A DNA stretch of 64,000 nt from a virus (IMGVR_UViG_2565956713_000001); one strand, 5' to 3'. Counted from the first letter of the stretch, positions 23,123 through 34,150 are shown. Notes: a model not told the origin generated them from the sequence alone. A program made the numbers and translations.

Positions 23123-23467
23123 TGCGTGTGGCATGTATTGGCTTGTTACCGTACCCGACTCGTTTTTGGGCTTCTGCGCTAATTGCAAAGCCACAGGTCC
23201 TGATGGCTGACAACATCACCCCAGCACCAAAGCGCCGCCATACCGGTATTGCAGCGGCACGACGAGCAGCAAAGAGACGCAGGAGAGCAAAGCGATGAAA
23301 AACCGTAAGGCAAAACGACTTTTTTTACAGCGACCTGTGCGTGTGGTGGAGCTGGTTATTAGCAACCATAAGATAGCGGTACTCCATCCATTTGGTCAGG
23401 TGGCTTTTGCCGCAAAGCGTAAGCCTACTGCGTCACAGAACAGGCGGAAGAAAGGGTACGCAGTAAG

Positions 23468-23656
23468 ATGAAAAACCGTAAAGCAAAGATTCTGTTAGTT
23501 CGTAGAAACGCTCCTGGCGTCTGGCAGTGGGTGAGACTCAGCAACCGACGGATGGGGTTGATGAAATATTACGGGATGATGGATTGTGTTTTTTGCAAAA
23601 AGCCCAGCGCGGCGCAAAACCGCTGGAAAAACCACTTGCGCACTAAAGGAGAGTGA
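23468..23656 (+). CDS. Small basic protein, second of two tandem MKNRKAK paralogs
   Basis: 62-aa ORF; a 58-codon paralog starting MKNRKAK lies immediately upstream (about 23296-23472). Confidence 0.35.
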   Translation: MKNRKAKILLVRRNAPGVWQWVRLSNRRMGLMKYYGMMDCVFCKKPSAAQNRWKNHLRTKGE

Positions 23657-23657
23657 T

Positions 23658-23879
23658 ATGGCTAACTCATTACTTGAAACCTGTAACAACTGGCAGATTC
23701 AGAGGGCGGAGATTTTATCTCGAAATCCAGATATGGCAATGACAATTGATAACCTGGATACGCTAATTGAACGAACCGTGCGTTCTGCAATTGATATCGC
23801 ACATCGAGTGGATTGGGATTTCAGAGAAGCGGAGCGACTTGCTAAAGAGCAGGCGAAAGCTGCGGGCAAAGGAGAGTGA
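23658..23879 (+). CDS. Hypothetical small protein
   Basis: 73-aa ORF from internal ATG of the track ORF 23586-23879. Confidence 0.35.
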   Translation: MANSLLETCNNWQIQRAEILSRNPDMAMTIDNLDTLIERTVRSAIDIAHRVDWDFREAERLAKEQAKAAGKGE

Positions 23880-24100
23880 TGTGCCAACATTATTCAGAAA
23901 AGAATATCCGCGAAGAAGCCGAATAACAGAATTTCTGTTTCTCATTCTGTTTATCGTGTTGATGATACCGATATCCCCGTTAATTCTGGTATGGGGAATC
24001 GGGAAAATAATTGAGCCAGTTATTGAATTGTATAACGACGTGGTATGGGCGTCGTTCAACACATTGCACAACAAAATCAACCCATATAAGGAAAGCTGAT

Positions 24101-24337
24101 ATGGCAACTTTGACAAAAGAAGAGCGTTTTACCAAAAAACAAATCGCCGAGGCAAAAATCCTCGATAACAACGGAACCTACTTTATCAACGGCTCCATCC
24201 TTCCTGTTTATATCAATGAAGATGGAGACACTTACCTTATTGAAGAGTACGAAAAAGGCGAGCCGAGCGAACACCTCATTAAAGATTTGTTCGCGGATGG
24301 CGTTCTTGTTGCGGTTAATCCAATCGGATACAACTGA
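24101..24337 (+). CDS. Hypothetical small protein
   Basis: 78-aa ORF from ATG at 24101. Confidence 0.35.
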   Translation: MATLTKEERFTKKQIAEAKILDNNGTYFINGSILPVYINEDGDTYLIEEYEKGEPSEHLIKDLFADGVLVAVNPIGYN

Positions 24338-24347
24338 GGCATAATTT

Positions 24348-25028
24348 ATGACCACTTTAACCGACAAAGAACTGATTAAAGAAATCAAAGAGCGTATCAG
24401 CAGCCTGGACGTGCGAGACAATATTGAGCGACGGTCGTATGAAATTGCTCTGGCATCGCTGGAAGCAGAACCAATTGCTTATATTTTCAAACATCCGGCC
24501 GGGAAATTATTCTGGGCTTTAACGGATGAAAGCAATAAAGAGCAAGTGGACGTTATTCCTGTTTATGCTGCCGCGCTTGCGTCGGTTGTGCCGGATAATG
24601 CATCAGAGCCTCTTGCTTATGCTTACAAAGAGCTTACGCCTGAGATTATGCGCAACCATTTAGCTGTATTCGAGCGATATGGAATAGCCCCAAACGATAG
24701 CTCTACCACAATTCAGGCACTGCGAATCGCGCTGGATGGCATAGAGCGGAGCGACGCCATGCTTCATGGTGCCAAACCTGTAAGCCAGACTTACAAGTTG
24801 AACAAGCTGTCGGGCAACTATCCGGTAATTCCGGATAGTTGGATAAGCTGTAGTGAGCGAATGCCCCCTCAAGATGATTGGATTTTAATTTATTCAAAGC
24901 ACGGCGAGTATATGGCAGGACAGGTACAAGGGGAATACGTGGAGTTGAGCGACGGCACTTTATCGTGGTTAGGGAACGCCTTGTTCTGGATGCCGCTACC
25001 GGAACCGCCGCAGGAGGTGAATCAATGA
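24348..25028 (+). CDS. Hypothetical protein with DUF551-like C-terminus
   Basis: C-terminal SERMPPQDDWILIY...GEYVEL pattern; shares GNYP(V/D)IPDS motif with the 26179 ORF. Confidence 0.45.
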   Translation: MTTLTDKELIKEIKERISSLDVRDNIERRSYEIALASLEAEPIAYIFKHPAGKLFWALTDESNKEQVDVIPVYAAALASVVPDNASEPLAYAYKELTPEIMRNHLAVFERYGIAPNDSSTTIQALRIALDGIERSDAMLHGAKPVSQTYKLNKLSGNYPVIPDSWISCSERMPPQDDWILIYSKHGEYMAGQVQGEYVELSDGTLSWLGNALFWMPLPEPPQEVNQ

Positions 25029-25092
25029 GCTGGCCTGAAGCATTCACCACGGTAGGAATTGTGATGGCGGCAGCACTGGGTTTGTATTCAAT

Positions 25093-25344
25093 TTGTCGCT
25101 GGTGGTAACGATGGGAAAAATAACTTTTGTAGTCGAATTTGAGGATGGCAAAGAGCCACCTGTTAGCGCCAATCTTGATGTTGCTGGTGGCAGGCTTGTT
25201 TCGGTTCTATTTGGTGACTACCGAGATGACTTCTTCCAACCAGAAGAAGTTGATGTAGTGCGAGAGGCATTAAACGAGTTAAGTGTTGATAACGATGATG
25301 CTCATGCGGAAATCATCCAAAAAATGGAACTGCTAACTCACTAA
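25093..25344 (+). CDS. Hypothetical acidic small protein
   Basis: 83-aa ORF. Confidence 0.35.
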   Translation: MSLVVTMGKITFVVEFEDGKEPPVSANLDVAGGRLVSVLFGDYRDDFFQPEEVDVVREALNELSVDNDDAHAEIIQKMELLTH

Positions 25345-25426
25345 ATTATCAATTATGGTGCTATCACCTACGACACCGAGAGAAAATTTATAATGTCAAA
25401 AGTAAATGTTTTGATTTTTTCAGCAA

Positions 25427-25816
25427 TTGTTGGCTTTGGTTTTACTGCCGGAGTGCAGATTTATATTACGTGGGAAAAAATCATCAACTACGCATGGAGT
25501 TGTTTTATTAAGTGAGGTAAGTATGTGGAGAGGTAATAGTCATGGCAAAAGCCAGATGATACTTACCGAATATCAGTTTGACCATAAAACCAATAAATCA
25601 CGTTCAGTATATTTGCTTCGGCACAATAGCCGCGTAAGGAATACCGTGCTGGAGCAAAATCTGACTGTTGAAATAGATAATTACGGGGGCTTCAAGCCAA
25701 CAATTTCGCTTGATGATTTTCCTCGTGGTTTAAGCGAAAGAGAAGCAATGCTGAAATTAGCAGAATGGCTACAAAGATTAAGCATTGCTATTGAAGATAA
25801 CTGGTCTGAACCTTAA
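25427..25816 (+). CDS. Hypothetical protein (start uncertain)
   Basis: 129-aa ORF in AT-rich stretch; internal ATG near 25524 also possible. Confidence 0.3.
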   Translation: MLALVLLPECRFILRGKKSSTTHGVVLLSEVSMWRGNSHGKSQMILTEYQFDHKTNKSRSVYLLRHNSRVRNTVLEQNLTVEIDNYGGFKPTISLDDFPRGLSEREAMLKLAEWLQRLSIAIEDNWSEP

Positions 25817-25822
25817 ATTTAT

Positions 25823-26197
25823 ATGATGACACTAAAACATTTTCTTGACCGCCCATTATGGGCGGCAGCCGCAGGCTATGACTTTAATTATATGGATTGC
25901 ATGTCTTATACCGCCAATGCATACGACTATTCCTTCAGTCTGCTGCTTAATTCTTTAAGAATATTGCCGCAAACAGAAGTTGGAGAGCTTCATTTATGGC
26001 TATTGGGCTTTATCGCGGCTGGAGTTGGTATTGCTGTATGGCCTTTTATTTTCTGGCTGGTGGCTGTTGTAGTGTGGTTTAAGTGCAAGACGTACCGGAG
26101 AAAGTATTTCTTAGGTGATGGAATGACTGATATTGCCAAAATGAACATTGAAAAATGGACTAAGGAATGTGAAAAGAAATGGCGCAAAAAGAAATGA
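25823..26197 (+). CDS. Membrane protein (hypothetical)
   Basis: Two hydrophobic helices (LWLLGFIAAGVGIAVWPFIFWLVAVVVW). Confidence 0.4.
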   Translation: MMTLKHFLDRPLWAAAAGYDFNYMDCMSYTANAYDYSFSLLLNSLRILPQTEVGELHLWLLGFIAAGVGIAVWPFIFWLVAVVVWFKCKTYRRKYFLGDGMTDIAKMNIEKWTKECEKKWRKKK

Positions 26198-27111
26198 CCA
26201 GAATCACTGAAGAGCGTATATCAGAGATTATTTCCCGTATCGAAATGTATGGTCACGGTGCTGGATATACGGCAGATGAAGTATTGGCACTTGCCCAAAT
26301 GGCTTTGGCGGCTTGCAAAGATGATAAAAAAATGAAGTTTATCGACTTGTTAGTGAAGGAACTGCCTAAGTGCGGCGGGTGGCCTGATGGAATGAGTTAT
26401 TGTTACCTACCCAGTGTCAATTTAATGGCACCATGCGCGACTTTTGCTTTTGGCTCAGACCACAAAAAAGACACTTTCTTTGGGCGCAATTTTTGTTGTG
26501 AGATTGAGCTTCCAATTGGTGACCTTGATAGCGATGAATACCAGTCAGTTGTCACTCGCGAACAATACGAATCAGCTCTCATAGCGTCGCAGAAAGTCGA
26601 GTTCAATGGTGATGAACTTGAAAGTAAGACTTACAGGTTGGATTTTGGGCAATGGCTGGAACAGCAACGCGGGAAAATCGATGTGGACTGTGGTTGTGTG
26701 TCCACTGAAACATTCATGCACTGGCTGCGGGTAGCTTACGAGGCTGGCAACTATCCGGATATTCCGGATAGTTCGGTGCCAGCACCAGGAAAGGGCGTCA
26801 CCGGTGAACGTATCCGAATTAAGCCGCATGTTTATCGCGAACTGGTTAACCGTCTCCACGATACAGCGATCAAGTGTGCTGGCACCCAGCAATTACGAGA
26901 AAGAATTAGCCGTGTTTTGGGCGACGTTATTACACCAGATCATCATAAACAAGCCGAGAAAAGTGGCCTGGAAAGGTGTCACCTTGAGGCGGCATTAAAC
27001 ATTAAGCCGGGGCATACGCTTGGCATTATTGATGCACTATTGGTTCATAAGATGGCCAGGGCTTTATTGCCGCTGGTGGATGCTGGCGATACAAGCGAGG
27101 GTGAAGTATGA
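26179..27111 (+). CDS. Hypothetical protein
   Basis: 310-aa ORF; GNYPDIPDS motif shared with the 24348 ORF. Confidence 0.4.
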   Translation: MAQKEMTRITEERISEIISRIEMYGHGAGYTADEVLALAQMALAACKDDKKMKFIDLLVKELPKCGGWPDGMSYCYLPSVNLMAPCATFAFGSDHKKDTFFGRNFCCEIELPIGDLDSDEYQSVVTREQYESALIASQKVEFNGDELESKTYRLDFGQWLEQQRGKIDVDCGCVSTETFMHWLRVAYEAGNYPDIPDSSVPAPGKGVTGERIRIKPHVYRELVNRLHDTAIKCAGTQQLRERISRVLGDVITPDHHKQAEKSGLERCHLEAALNIKPGHTLGIIDALLVHKMARALLPLVDAGDTSEGEV

Positions 27112-27470
27112 GAGTTGCAGATCACATCAAACACCTTGAAAGAATTATCGAAAACGGTGAACTCTTAAGAGATCAGATGAGACGCACGGCAGAAGTCAGA
27201 GAGGCGATAATCCGCAGTCAGGCTGGTAAATTAAAGCAATTATCAGAGATTAACGCGCTATACAAGAACAGACGTAACCGGGCGGCGCTGCGGCTTCAGA
27301 AAGCACGTAATGAAATTAAATTGGTGGAGGCAAAACTGAAAAAACAGATTCAGCGTTACGATCAGCAAGATGCTTTTTATGCCGCCATCAAGGCGGCTGC
27401 TAATGAAATAGGCATCTGGAAGTTGCTGGTGGAGAAAGCAAAGACGAAGTTAAATGCCAACGAAAGCTGA
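27108..27470 (+). CDS. Hypothetical coiled-coil protein
   Basis: 120-aa ORF overlapping upstream stop, heptad-rich. Confidence 0.4.
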   Translation: MRVADHIKHLERIIENGELLRDQMRRTAEVREAIIRSQAGKLKQLSEINALYKNRRNRAALRLQKARNEIKLVEAKLKKQIQRYDQQDAFYAAIKAAANEIGIWKLLVEKAKTKLNANES

Positions 27471-27544
27471 ACTACAGGTACCCACCAGCACATACAGAAA
27501 ATGATTGTTTCCACATCAAGGAGATTTTAATGTTTCACTGAACA

Positions 27545-27682
27545 TTAAGTAAGCCAGTGCATAATTCCATTTTTTACTGACCTTAAAAGCAAAATCAAAA
27601 CGATGATGAGGATGATCGCCAGAATCTGGCTAATAACAGGCGCATCTAAAAATGCACTCAGGAACTGAAAAAAAGCAGTCAT
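27545..27682 (-). CDS. Candidate 45-aa hydrophobic peptide (below the ORF-track size cutoff)
   Basis: ATG...TAA ORF encoding MTAFFQFLSAFLDAPVISQILAIILIIVLILLL... in an otherwise non-coding AT-rich 640-bp gap; weak RBS. Confidence 0.25.
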   Translation of the reverse strand: MTAFFQFLSAFLDAPVISQILAIILIIVLILLLRSVKNGIMHWLT

Positions 27683-28131
27683 TAAGGTGGTTCCTTGTCA
27701 AATGTAAAGGAGCACTTGCTCACGTTGACGTAGAAACCCAACCCCTATATAGTTGGATTCGGTGAAAGAAAGTCGTTAACGTGAGCTTACGGCACATGTT
27801 TTCGGAACAACATCAGGGAACGGCTAATTCCTTGATGCGGATGGGGTCTGTAATGCAGACCCTATCTATTAACGTCATGATTGCATCTCAAATTTTCTCC
27901 TTATCTTCATTAATCAAAATTCATTTCATTTGTGAAACATCACAATATTTAGAAAATGGCCCTCTTGCAAGTGCATAACTTTGTGGATAAATCAGGAAGA
28001 AAAAAGTTGATTCTGCGCACGGCAAGGCAGATAAGCTGTGCACAAAAATCAATGGGAAAAGAAAAAAAATTAAAAGTTACTTTGCTGGTTAAATAATAGT
28101 CGTTACGCAATTGTTCTGGATGGGATTTGAT

Positions 28132-28383
28132 ATGCACGATTGGAATATTGCAGCTAAAAGTCAGGAAGAACGGGATAAGGTTAACGTTGATCTGGCTGCC
28201 AGCGGTGTGGCGTACAAAGAGCGATTGAACATACCTGTCATAGCTGAACAGGTAGCCCGCGAGCAACCAGAGAATCTGCGCACCTATTTCATGGAACGGT
28301 TACGGCACTATCGGCAGTTAAGCCTCCAGTTGCCAAAAGGGAGCGATCCGGTGTATCAGAACGAGGATGCACCAAAAAAATAA
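28132..28383 (+). CDS. hot: Homolog of DNA polymerase III theta subunit (P1 Hot)
   Basis: [36 protein letters not shown] closely matches E. coli HolE; ATG at 28132 chosen (track used an upstream TTG). Confidence 0.75.
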   Translation: MHDWNIAAKSQEERDKVNVDLAASGVAYKERLNIPVIAEQVAREQPENLRTYFMERLRHYRQLSLQLPKGSDPVYQNEDAPKK

Positions 28384-28468
28384 CGGCAAGATGGGGGAGA
28401 AATGTGATTAGCCCCCAGCGTGGCGCGCCTACAAACCCCGCTTTCACAAACTATGCCTTTTCAATGTA

Positions 28469-28488
28469 TACTGTATGAATAAACAGTA
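28469..28488 (+). promoter_or_regulatory. LexA (SOS) box upstream of humD
   Basis: TACTGTATGAATAAACAGTA matches the CTGT-N8-ACAG consensus, 19 bp upstream of the humD start. Confidence 0.75.
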
Positions 28489-28506
28489 TCATTGAGGTAA
28501 AACGCT

Positions 28507-28896
28507 ATGGGCTTCCCTTCTCCTGCGGCGGATTATGTTGAAAGCCGAATTTCTCTTGATCAGCAGATAATTAGACATCCTTCAGCGACCTACTTCATGC
28601 GGGCAGCTGATAGCCATCACCGTGAGGGAATATTGCAGGGTGCTTTGCTGGTGGTTGATTCCTCGCTTACTCCGGTTGATGGTTCTCTGCTTGTGTGCGC
28701 TATGGAGGGTGAATATCGCATAAAGAGATACAGGAAGTATCCGCGCCAGCACCTGGAGGATTTAAGCACCGGGAAGAAAGAGGCGTTACCAGTAGATGAC
28801 GATGGATACACGGGCAGTAATGCTGTTTTTGGTGTGATCACTCATGTCATCAATGATGCCCGAAGTGGGGAATTTGATGATTGTCCGGTTATTTAA
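28507..28896 (+). CDS. humD: UmuD-like SOS mutagenesis protein (P1 HumD)
   Basis: S24 peptidase-like fold; LexA box immediately upstream. Confidence 0.8.
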   Translation: MGFPSPAADYVESRISLDQQIIRHPSATYFMRAADSHHREGILQGALLVVDSSLTPVDGSLLVCAMEGEYRIKRYRKYPRQHLEDLSTGKKEALPVDDDGYTGSNAVFGVITHVINDARSGEFDDCPVI

Positions 28897-28968
28897 GCTG
28901 CAAAGTGCTGGTGCTTTATGCCTGTGAAGTTTATAATTGTGTACACATAACGAGTACACGAGGTGTTT

Positions 28969-29190
28969 ATGCAATCCATTAACTTCCGTACCGCGCGTGG
29001 CAACCTTTCTGAAGTGCTCAACAATGTTGAAGCCGGGGAAGAGGTTGAAATCACCCGCAGAGGCCGTGAGCCAGCAGTAATTGTCAGCAAGGCTACTTTC
29101 GAAGCCTACAAAAAAGCGGCGCTGGATGCTGAATTTGCATCCCTGTTTGACACCCTGGACTCCACCAACAAGGAACTGGTTAACCGATAA
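28969..29190 (+). CDS. phd: Phd antitoxin (prevent host death)
   Basis: 73-aa protein [39 protein letters not shown]... matches P1 Phd; stop overlaps the doc start. Confidence 0.9.
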
Positions 29191-29570
29191 TGAGGCATAT
29201 ATCACCGGAAGAACTTATTGCGCTTCATGATGCGAATATAAGCCGCTACGGCGGCCTGCCGGGAATGTCTGATCCGGGTAGGGCAGAGGCCATTATCGGG
29301 AGAGTTCAGGCCAGAGTTGCCTACGAAGAGATCACCGACCTTTTCGAAGTCTCCGCCACCTACCTGGTGGCTACAGCGAGAGGGCATATATTCAATGATG
29401 CCAATAAGCGTACCGCGCTAAACAGTGCGCTGCTATTTCTACGCCGTAACGGGGTGCAGGTATTTGATTCACCTGAACTGGCAGACCTTACTGTAGGCGC
29501 TGCGACTGGCGAGATATCTGTATCTTCTGTCGCCGACACGTTACGTAGATTGTATGGTTCTGCGGAGTAG
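29190..29570 (+). CDS. doc: Doc toxin (Fic-fold kinase, death on curing)
   Basis: 126-aa protein with Fic-like [11 protein letters not shown] motif, translationally coupled to phd. Confidence 0.9.
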
Positions 29571-29574
29571 ATTA

Positions 29575-29754
29575 ATGGCACGCAAATACAACAAATTGTC
29601 CCGTGAAGCGTTAAAGATGCTTCTTGATGGCGTGAGTCGCCGCAAGGTAAAGCAATACCTGGTTGGTAAGCAAATTGGAGTCAGGACCGCTATTGCTGTG
29701 TTATGCCGTCAGGAAATGGTTGTGCTTAAACAGAGAATGCCGGGCAGCAGATAA
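29575..29754 (+). CDS. Small basic protein downstream of doc (pdcB position)
   Basis: 59-aa ORF from internal ATG of the track ORF. Confidence 0.35.
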   Translation: MARKYNKLSREALKMLLDGVSRRKVKQYLVGKQIGVRTAIAVLCRQEMVVLKQRMPGSR

Positions 29755-29781
29755 AGCCCAATCAGTGATTAAAGGTGTGAT

Positions 29782-30825
29782 GTGAAAGCCGTAATTACTC
29801 CCTTTGTACAGAAAGAGCTTGGCCTCGCCACGTTCAAAGTGGATCAGGAGGTCAGAAAGCTGGTGGAGGCTGGCCGTAAATTTATTATGGAGCCGGTGCC
29901 GCGTGAGTTAATCGAGCACATGGAAGACGGCCTCGTTGTTACCGAGCAAACCATGGCAACAAATGAGGCGTTGCAGCCGTTTTTTAACAGCGATGAACTG
30001 TTTCGCCGTATTGGTGGAATTGACGCGCTGGTGGCGTGGTTGCGTAGGAAAGAGGGTCAATGCCAGGCCGCAGATCGTAGTTGGTGTGACAACCATATTG
30101 TCCACGCTGAACGAGACAATAGCGCGGTGTTGTTGTGCTGGCATCACGATAACCATTACCGGATGCGTGGTTTTAATGAGCTGAAAGAAACGCTGCACAA
30201 TAATCGCGTTAACTGGATACTGGATGTCGCCCGTCAGGAAATGGGCCTTTCAAATAGCCATGATTTAAGTATTCAGGAGCTGTGCTGGTGGGCTTTCATG
30301 CGCAACATGATGCACCTGATGCCGGAAGAAGTCTGCCGCATATCAATAAATAAGATGAAGGCTACTCCGCAGGATAGCGGACCTCTGAAAGAGGCGGATA
30401 TTCGCCCGTATGACGATCGCGCTACAGCATATGTTCAGATGATGGAAGAACGCGCCGCGCCGATGCGTGCAAAAGTATGCCCTGTGGATGTTGACGCCGA
30501 CCCTGGCATGGCGCATTTCAAAATACCAAAACTTCAATCGCTAAAATTGCCCGAGTACATGGATTTTGTGGCTTCCCGTCCATGCTGTGGCTGTGGAGCT
30601 GCGGGAGCTGGCGCTCACATTACGCCTTATATCGTTCGTCATAGTCGATTATGCGCGCATGACATTTATGCTGTTCCTCTGTGCCAGTCATGCCAGCGTG
30701 ATATTGAGCGTGACCGCGATAATTGGGAGAAGACGCACGGTAGGCTGGCGATGCATCAACGATTGTTCTTTGATTACGCGCTTGGAGTCGGCGCTATCAC
30801 AAGTCATTCGTCGAGCGTTAGATAA
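29782..30825 (+). CDS. Hypothetical Cys/His-rich protein
   Basis: 347-aa ORF with CCGCG...C...CQSCQ cluster near the C-terminus. Confidence 0.45.
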   Translation: MKAVITPFVQKELGLATFKVDQEVRKLVEAGRKFIMEPVPRELIEHMEDGLVVTEQTMATNEALQPFFNSDELFRRIGGIDALVAWLRRKEGQCQAADRSWCDNHIVHAERDNSAVLLCWHHDNHYRMRGFNELKETLHNNRVNWILDVARQEMGLSNSHDLSIQELCWWAFMRNMMHLMPEEVCRISINKMKATPQDSGPLKEADIRPYDDRATAYVQMMEERAAPMRAKVCPVDVDADPGMAHFKIPKLQSLKLPEYMDFVASRPCCGCGAAGAGAHITPYIVRHSRLCAHDIYAVPLCQSCQRDIERDRDNWEKTHGRLAMHQRLFFDYALGVGAITSHSSSVR

Positions 30826-30826
30826 A

Positions 30827-30843
30827 ATTGCTCTAATGTATTG
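30827..30843 (+). promoter_or_regulatory. C1 operator-like site upstream of the lpa-like gene
   Basis: ATTGCTCTAATGTATTG, 14/17 consensus match. Confidence 0.5.
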
Positions 30844-30913
30844 CTATTTCTTTAATCGAGGGTATTATATTCGACGTTGATTAGTTGACATGGGCTAATC
30901 AGTAGGTGACAGG

Positions 30914-31366
30914 ATGTTACTTAACTGGCAGGGACGCCACTTCATGGAAATAAATCACTCACGAATAACATCGTACGAGATTGCGGATTACATGATCCGC
31001 ACTAAATCTCTTCTATCAGCGAAAGATCTCGCAGCAATTCTTGAAAAGGAATACCCGCATCTGGATGTCGATAAGCGCGATGTTTATCTGCGCTTAAAGG
31101 CTATCGCTGTGTCTAAGTATTCGTCTGTTTTGATTGATGACAGTACACGCCCACGTAGATTTCAGATCCACTCTCTGAATCCTGAATTCTTTCGCCGCAG
31201 CCGCGCTCCGCGCCGGTTTGATGAAAAACTCCAGAACGAACTCTATATGACGCAGGACGAAAAGGAACGCCGGGAGCACCAGCCTTGGGTGATGGCGCGT
31301 CAACTTTTCAATAAGGTGGTCCGTCAGCACCGTCATTACGGTAATGCCACATCCGCACGTATCTGA
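30914..31366 (+). CDS. lpa: Late promoter activator-like protein (Lpa position; start uncertain)
   Basis: 150-aa ORF preceded by a C1 operator and followed by pacA, matching P1 gene order; no independent motif evidence. Confidence 0.45.
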   Translation: MLLNWQGRHFMEINHSRITSYEIADYMIRTKSLLSAKDLAAILEKEYPHLDVDKRDVYLRLKAIAVSKYSSVLIDDSTRPRRFQIHSLNPEFFRRSRAPRRFDEKLQNELYMTQDEKERREHQPWVMARQLFNKVVRQHRHYGNATSARI

Positions 31367-31452
31367 TTGATTGCTTGCCCGTTCCGGGCCTTTTGACATG
31401 TGACTTTCGTTACCCTCGCGTCAAAAAGAGTTTTATACGAAAGGAAGCATAA

Positions 31453-32646
31453 GTGACCTGGGACGATCACAAGAAGAATTTTGCTCGCCTGGCGCGAGAT
31501 GGTGGTTACACCATCGCACAATATGCCGCCGAGTTTAATCTCAACCCAAACACCGCACGTCGTTATCTCCGTGCATTCAAAGAAGACACCGGAACAGCGG
31601 ACAGCCGTAAGCCAAATAAGCCTGTCAGAAAACCACTAAAAAGCATGATCATTGATCACGCTAATGATCAACGTGCAGGTGATCACATTGTGGCTGAAAT
31701 GGCTGAAAAACAAAGAGTTAATGCTGTTGTCAGTGCCGCAGTCGAGAACGCGAAGCGCCAGAATAAGCGCATAAATGATCGTTCTGATGATCATGACGTG
31801 ATCACCCGCGCCCACCGGACCTTACGTGATCGCCTGGAACGCGACACCCTGGATGATGATGGTGAACGCTTTGAATTCGAAGCTGGCGATTACCTGATAG
31901 ATAACGTTGAAGCGCGGAAGGCCGCGCGCGCTATGTTGCGTCGGTCCGGGGCCGATGTTCTGGAAACCACTCTTCTGGAAAAGTCTCTTTCTCATCTCCT
32001 TATGCTGGAGAACGCCAGGGATACGTGTATTCGCCTGGTGCAGGAAATGCGCGATCAGCAAAAAGACGATGATGAAGGTACTCCGCCTGAATACCGTATC
32101 GCGAGCATGCTAAACAGCTGTTCCGCGCAGATAAGCAGCCTGATCAACACCATTTACAGCATCCGGAATAACTATCGAAAAGAAAGCCGGGAGGCGGAAA
32201 AGCACGCTTTGTCTATGGGGCAAGCTGGCATTGTTAAGCTGGCATACGAACGAAAGCGTGAAAATAACTGGTCAGTGCTGGAAGCAGCTGAATTCATCGA
32301 GGCGCATGGCGGGAAAGTGCCGCCCCTGATGCTGGAGCAAATCAAAGCCGATCTGCGTGCTCCTAAGACCAATACCGATGATGAGGAAAGGCAAACAGCC
32401 GTCGGTGGCCCTTCTCTTGAAGATCTGGACAAAGTTGCGCGAGAACGGGCCGCCAACCGCCGCGCCGATGCCGCATTGTGGATTGAGCAGCGTAGGGAAG
32501 AAATCGCCGATATCGTTGATACAGGCGGTTATGGAGATGTTGATACTGAAGGTGTATCAAACGACCCATGGCTGGAACAAGACCTGGACGAAGACGAGGA
32601 GGAAGACGAAGAAGTTACCCGCAAGCTATACGGGGATGATGATTAA
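31453..32646 (+). CDS. pacA: Terminase small/pacase subunit PacA
   Basis: 397-aa ORF (GTG start with AAGGAAG RBS) containing the pac site; acidic C-terminus. Confidence 0.85.
   Translation: MTWDDHKKNFARLARDGGYTIAQYAAEFNLNPNTARRYLRAFKEDTGTADSRKPNKPVRKPLKSMIIDHANDQRAGDHIVAEMAEKQRVNAVVSAAVENAKRQNKRINDRSDDHDVITRAHRTLRDRLERDTLDDDGERFEFEAGDYLIDNVEARKAARAMLRRSGADVLETTLLEKSLSHLLMLENARDTCIRLVQEMRDQQKDDDEGTPPEYRIASMLNSCSAQISSLINTIYSIRNNYRKESREAEKHALSMGQAGIVKLAYERKRENNWSVLEAAEFIEAHGGKVPPLMLEQIKADLRAPKTNTDDEERQTAVGGPSLEDLDKVARERAANRRADAALWIEQRREEIADIVDTGGYGDVDTEGVSNDPWLEQDLDEDEEEDEEVTRKLYGDDD
31646..31804 (+). other. pac: pac packaging site: seven TGATC(A/G) hexamers (four left, three right) with Dam GATC sites
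   Basis: TGATCA at 31646, 31653, 31665, 31680 and TGATCG/TGATCA at 31776, 31788, 31799, about 160 bp, inside pacA. Confidence 0.8.
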
Positions 32647-34130
32647 TGGCCAGAAGTTGCGTAACGGATCCACGTTGGCGCGAGCTGGTGGCGCTATATC
32701 GTTATGACTGGATTGCGGCCGCTGATGTTTTGTTCGGCAAAACACCTACCTGGCAGCAGGATCTGATTATTGAGTCTGTGCAGGAACAGGGTAGCAAGAC
32801 ATCTGTTTCGTCTGGTCACGGTACCGGGAAATCAGACATGACTTCTATCATGATCATGTTGTTCATAATCATGTATCCAGGTGCCCGTGCCATTATCGTT
32901 GCGAACAAAATTCAGCAGGTAATGACCGGTATATTCAAGTACATCAAGATAAACTGGGCTACTGCCACCAGCCGTTTCCCATGGCTTGCTGATTATTTTG
33001 TTCTGACAGAAACCGCTTTCTATGAGGTTACTGGTAAAGGTGTATGGACTGTAGTACCGAAGGGCTTTCGTCTGGGAAGTGAAGAAGCTCTCGCCGGTGA
33101 ACACGCAGATCATCTTCTGTATATTATCGATGAAGCCTCCGGTGTCAGTGATAGAGCTTTCGGTATCATCACCGGTGCTCTTACCGGACAGGATAACCGC
33201 ATCTTATTACTGTCACAGCCTACACGCCCAAGCGGCTATTTCTACGATACTCACCATAAACTGGCCAAGCGTCCTGGTAACCCTGATGGCGTTTATACGG
33301 CGATCACGCTTAACAGTGAGGAATCACCGCTGGTAACGCCAGCATTTATCAAAATGAAGCTGGCGGAGTACGGCGGGCGTGATAACCCTATGTACATGAT
33401 TAAGGTACGCGGACTATTCCCTAAATCACAGGATGGCTTCCTTCTTGGACGTGATGAGGTTGAACGTGCGACGCGGCGGAAAGTCAAGATTGCCAAAGGA
33501 TGGGGCTGGCTTGCATGTGTGGACGTTGCTGGTGGTACGGGACGGGATAAGTCCGTTATCAATATCATGATGGTGTCCGGCCAGAGAAATAAACGCCGTG
33601 TAATCAACTATCGAATGCTGGAATACACAGACGTTACAGAAACGCAGCTTGCCGCCAAAATTTTCGCAGAATGTAATCCTGAGCGATTCCCAAATATCAC
33701 CATAGCGATAGACGGCGATGGGCTGGGTAAAGCAACGGCGGATCTGATGTACGAGTATTATGGTATTACCGTACAGCGTATACGCTGGGGTAAAAAGATG
33801 CATAGCCGTGAAGATAAGAGCCTGTACTTTGATAAACGTGCTTATGCCAACGTTCAAGCCGCAGAGGCCGTAAAATCTGGTCGTATGAGACTGGATAAGG
33901 GTAATGAAACTATTGAGGAAGCGTCGAAAATCCCTGTAGGGATTAACTCCGCAGGTCAATGGAAGGTGATGAGTAAGGAGGATATGAAGAAAAAACTCAA
34001 CCTGCATTCACCAGACCATTGGGATACATATTGTTTCGCTATGCTGGCGGATTATGTTCCCCAGGATGAAGTGCTTAGCGTCGAAGACGAAGCGCAGGTT
34101 GATGAAGCTCTGGCATGGCTTAATGAGTAA
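32646..34130 (+). CDS. pacB: Terminase large/pacase subunit PacB
   Basis: 494-aa ORF overlapping the pacA stop; Walker A-like GHGTGKS. Confidence 0.85.
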   Translation: MARSCVTDPRWRELVALYRYDWIAAADVLFGKTPTWQQDLIIESVQEQGSKTSVSSGHGTGKSDMTSIMIMLFIIMYPGARAIIVANKIQQVMTGIFKYIKINWATATSRFPWLADYFVLTETAFYEVTGKGVWTVVPKGFRLGSEEALAGEHADHLLYIIDEASGVSDRAFGIITGALTGQDNRILLLSQPTRPSGYFYDTHHKLAKRPGNPDGVYTAITLNSEESPLVTPAFIKMKLAEYGGRDNPMYMIKVRGLFPKSQDGFLLGRDEVERATRRKVKIAKGWGWLACVDVAGGTGRDKSVINIMMVSGQRNKRRVINYRMLEYTDVTETQLAAKIFAECNPERFPNITIAIDGDGLGKATADLMYEYYGITVQRIRWGKKMHSREDKSLYFDKRAYANVQAAEAVKSGRMRLDKGNETIEEASKIPVGINSAGQWKVMSKEDMKKKLNLHSPDHWDTYCFAMLADYVPQDEVLSVEDEAQVDEALAWLNE

Positions 34131-34133
34131 AAT

Positions 34134-34150
34134 CTTGCTCTAATAAATTG
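34134..34150 (+). promoter_or_regulatory. C1 operator-like site upstream of the icd/ant-like module
   Basis: CTTGCTCTAATAAATTG, 15/17 consensus match directly after the pacB stop. Confidence 0.55.
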
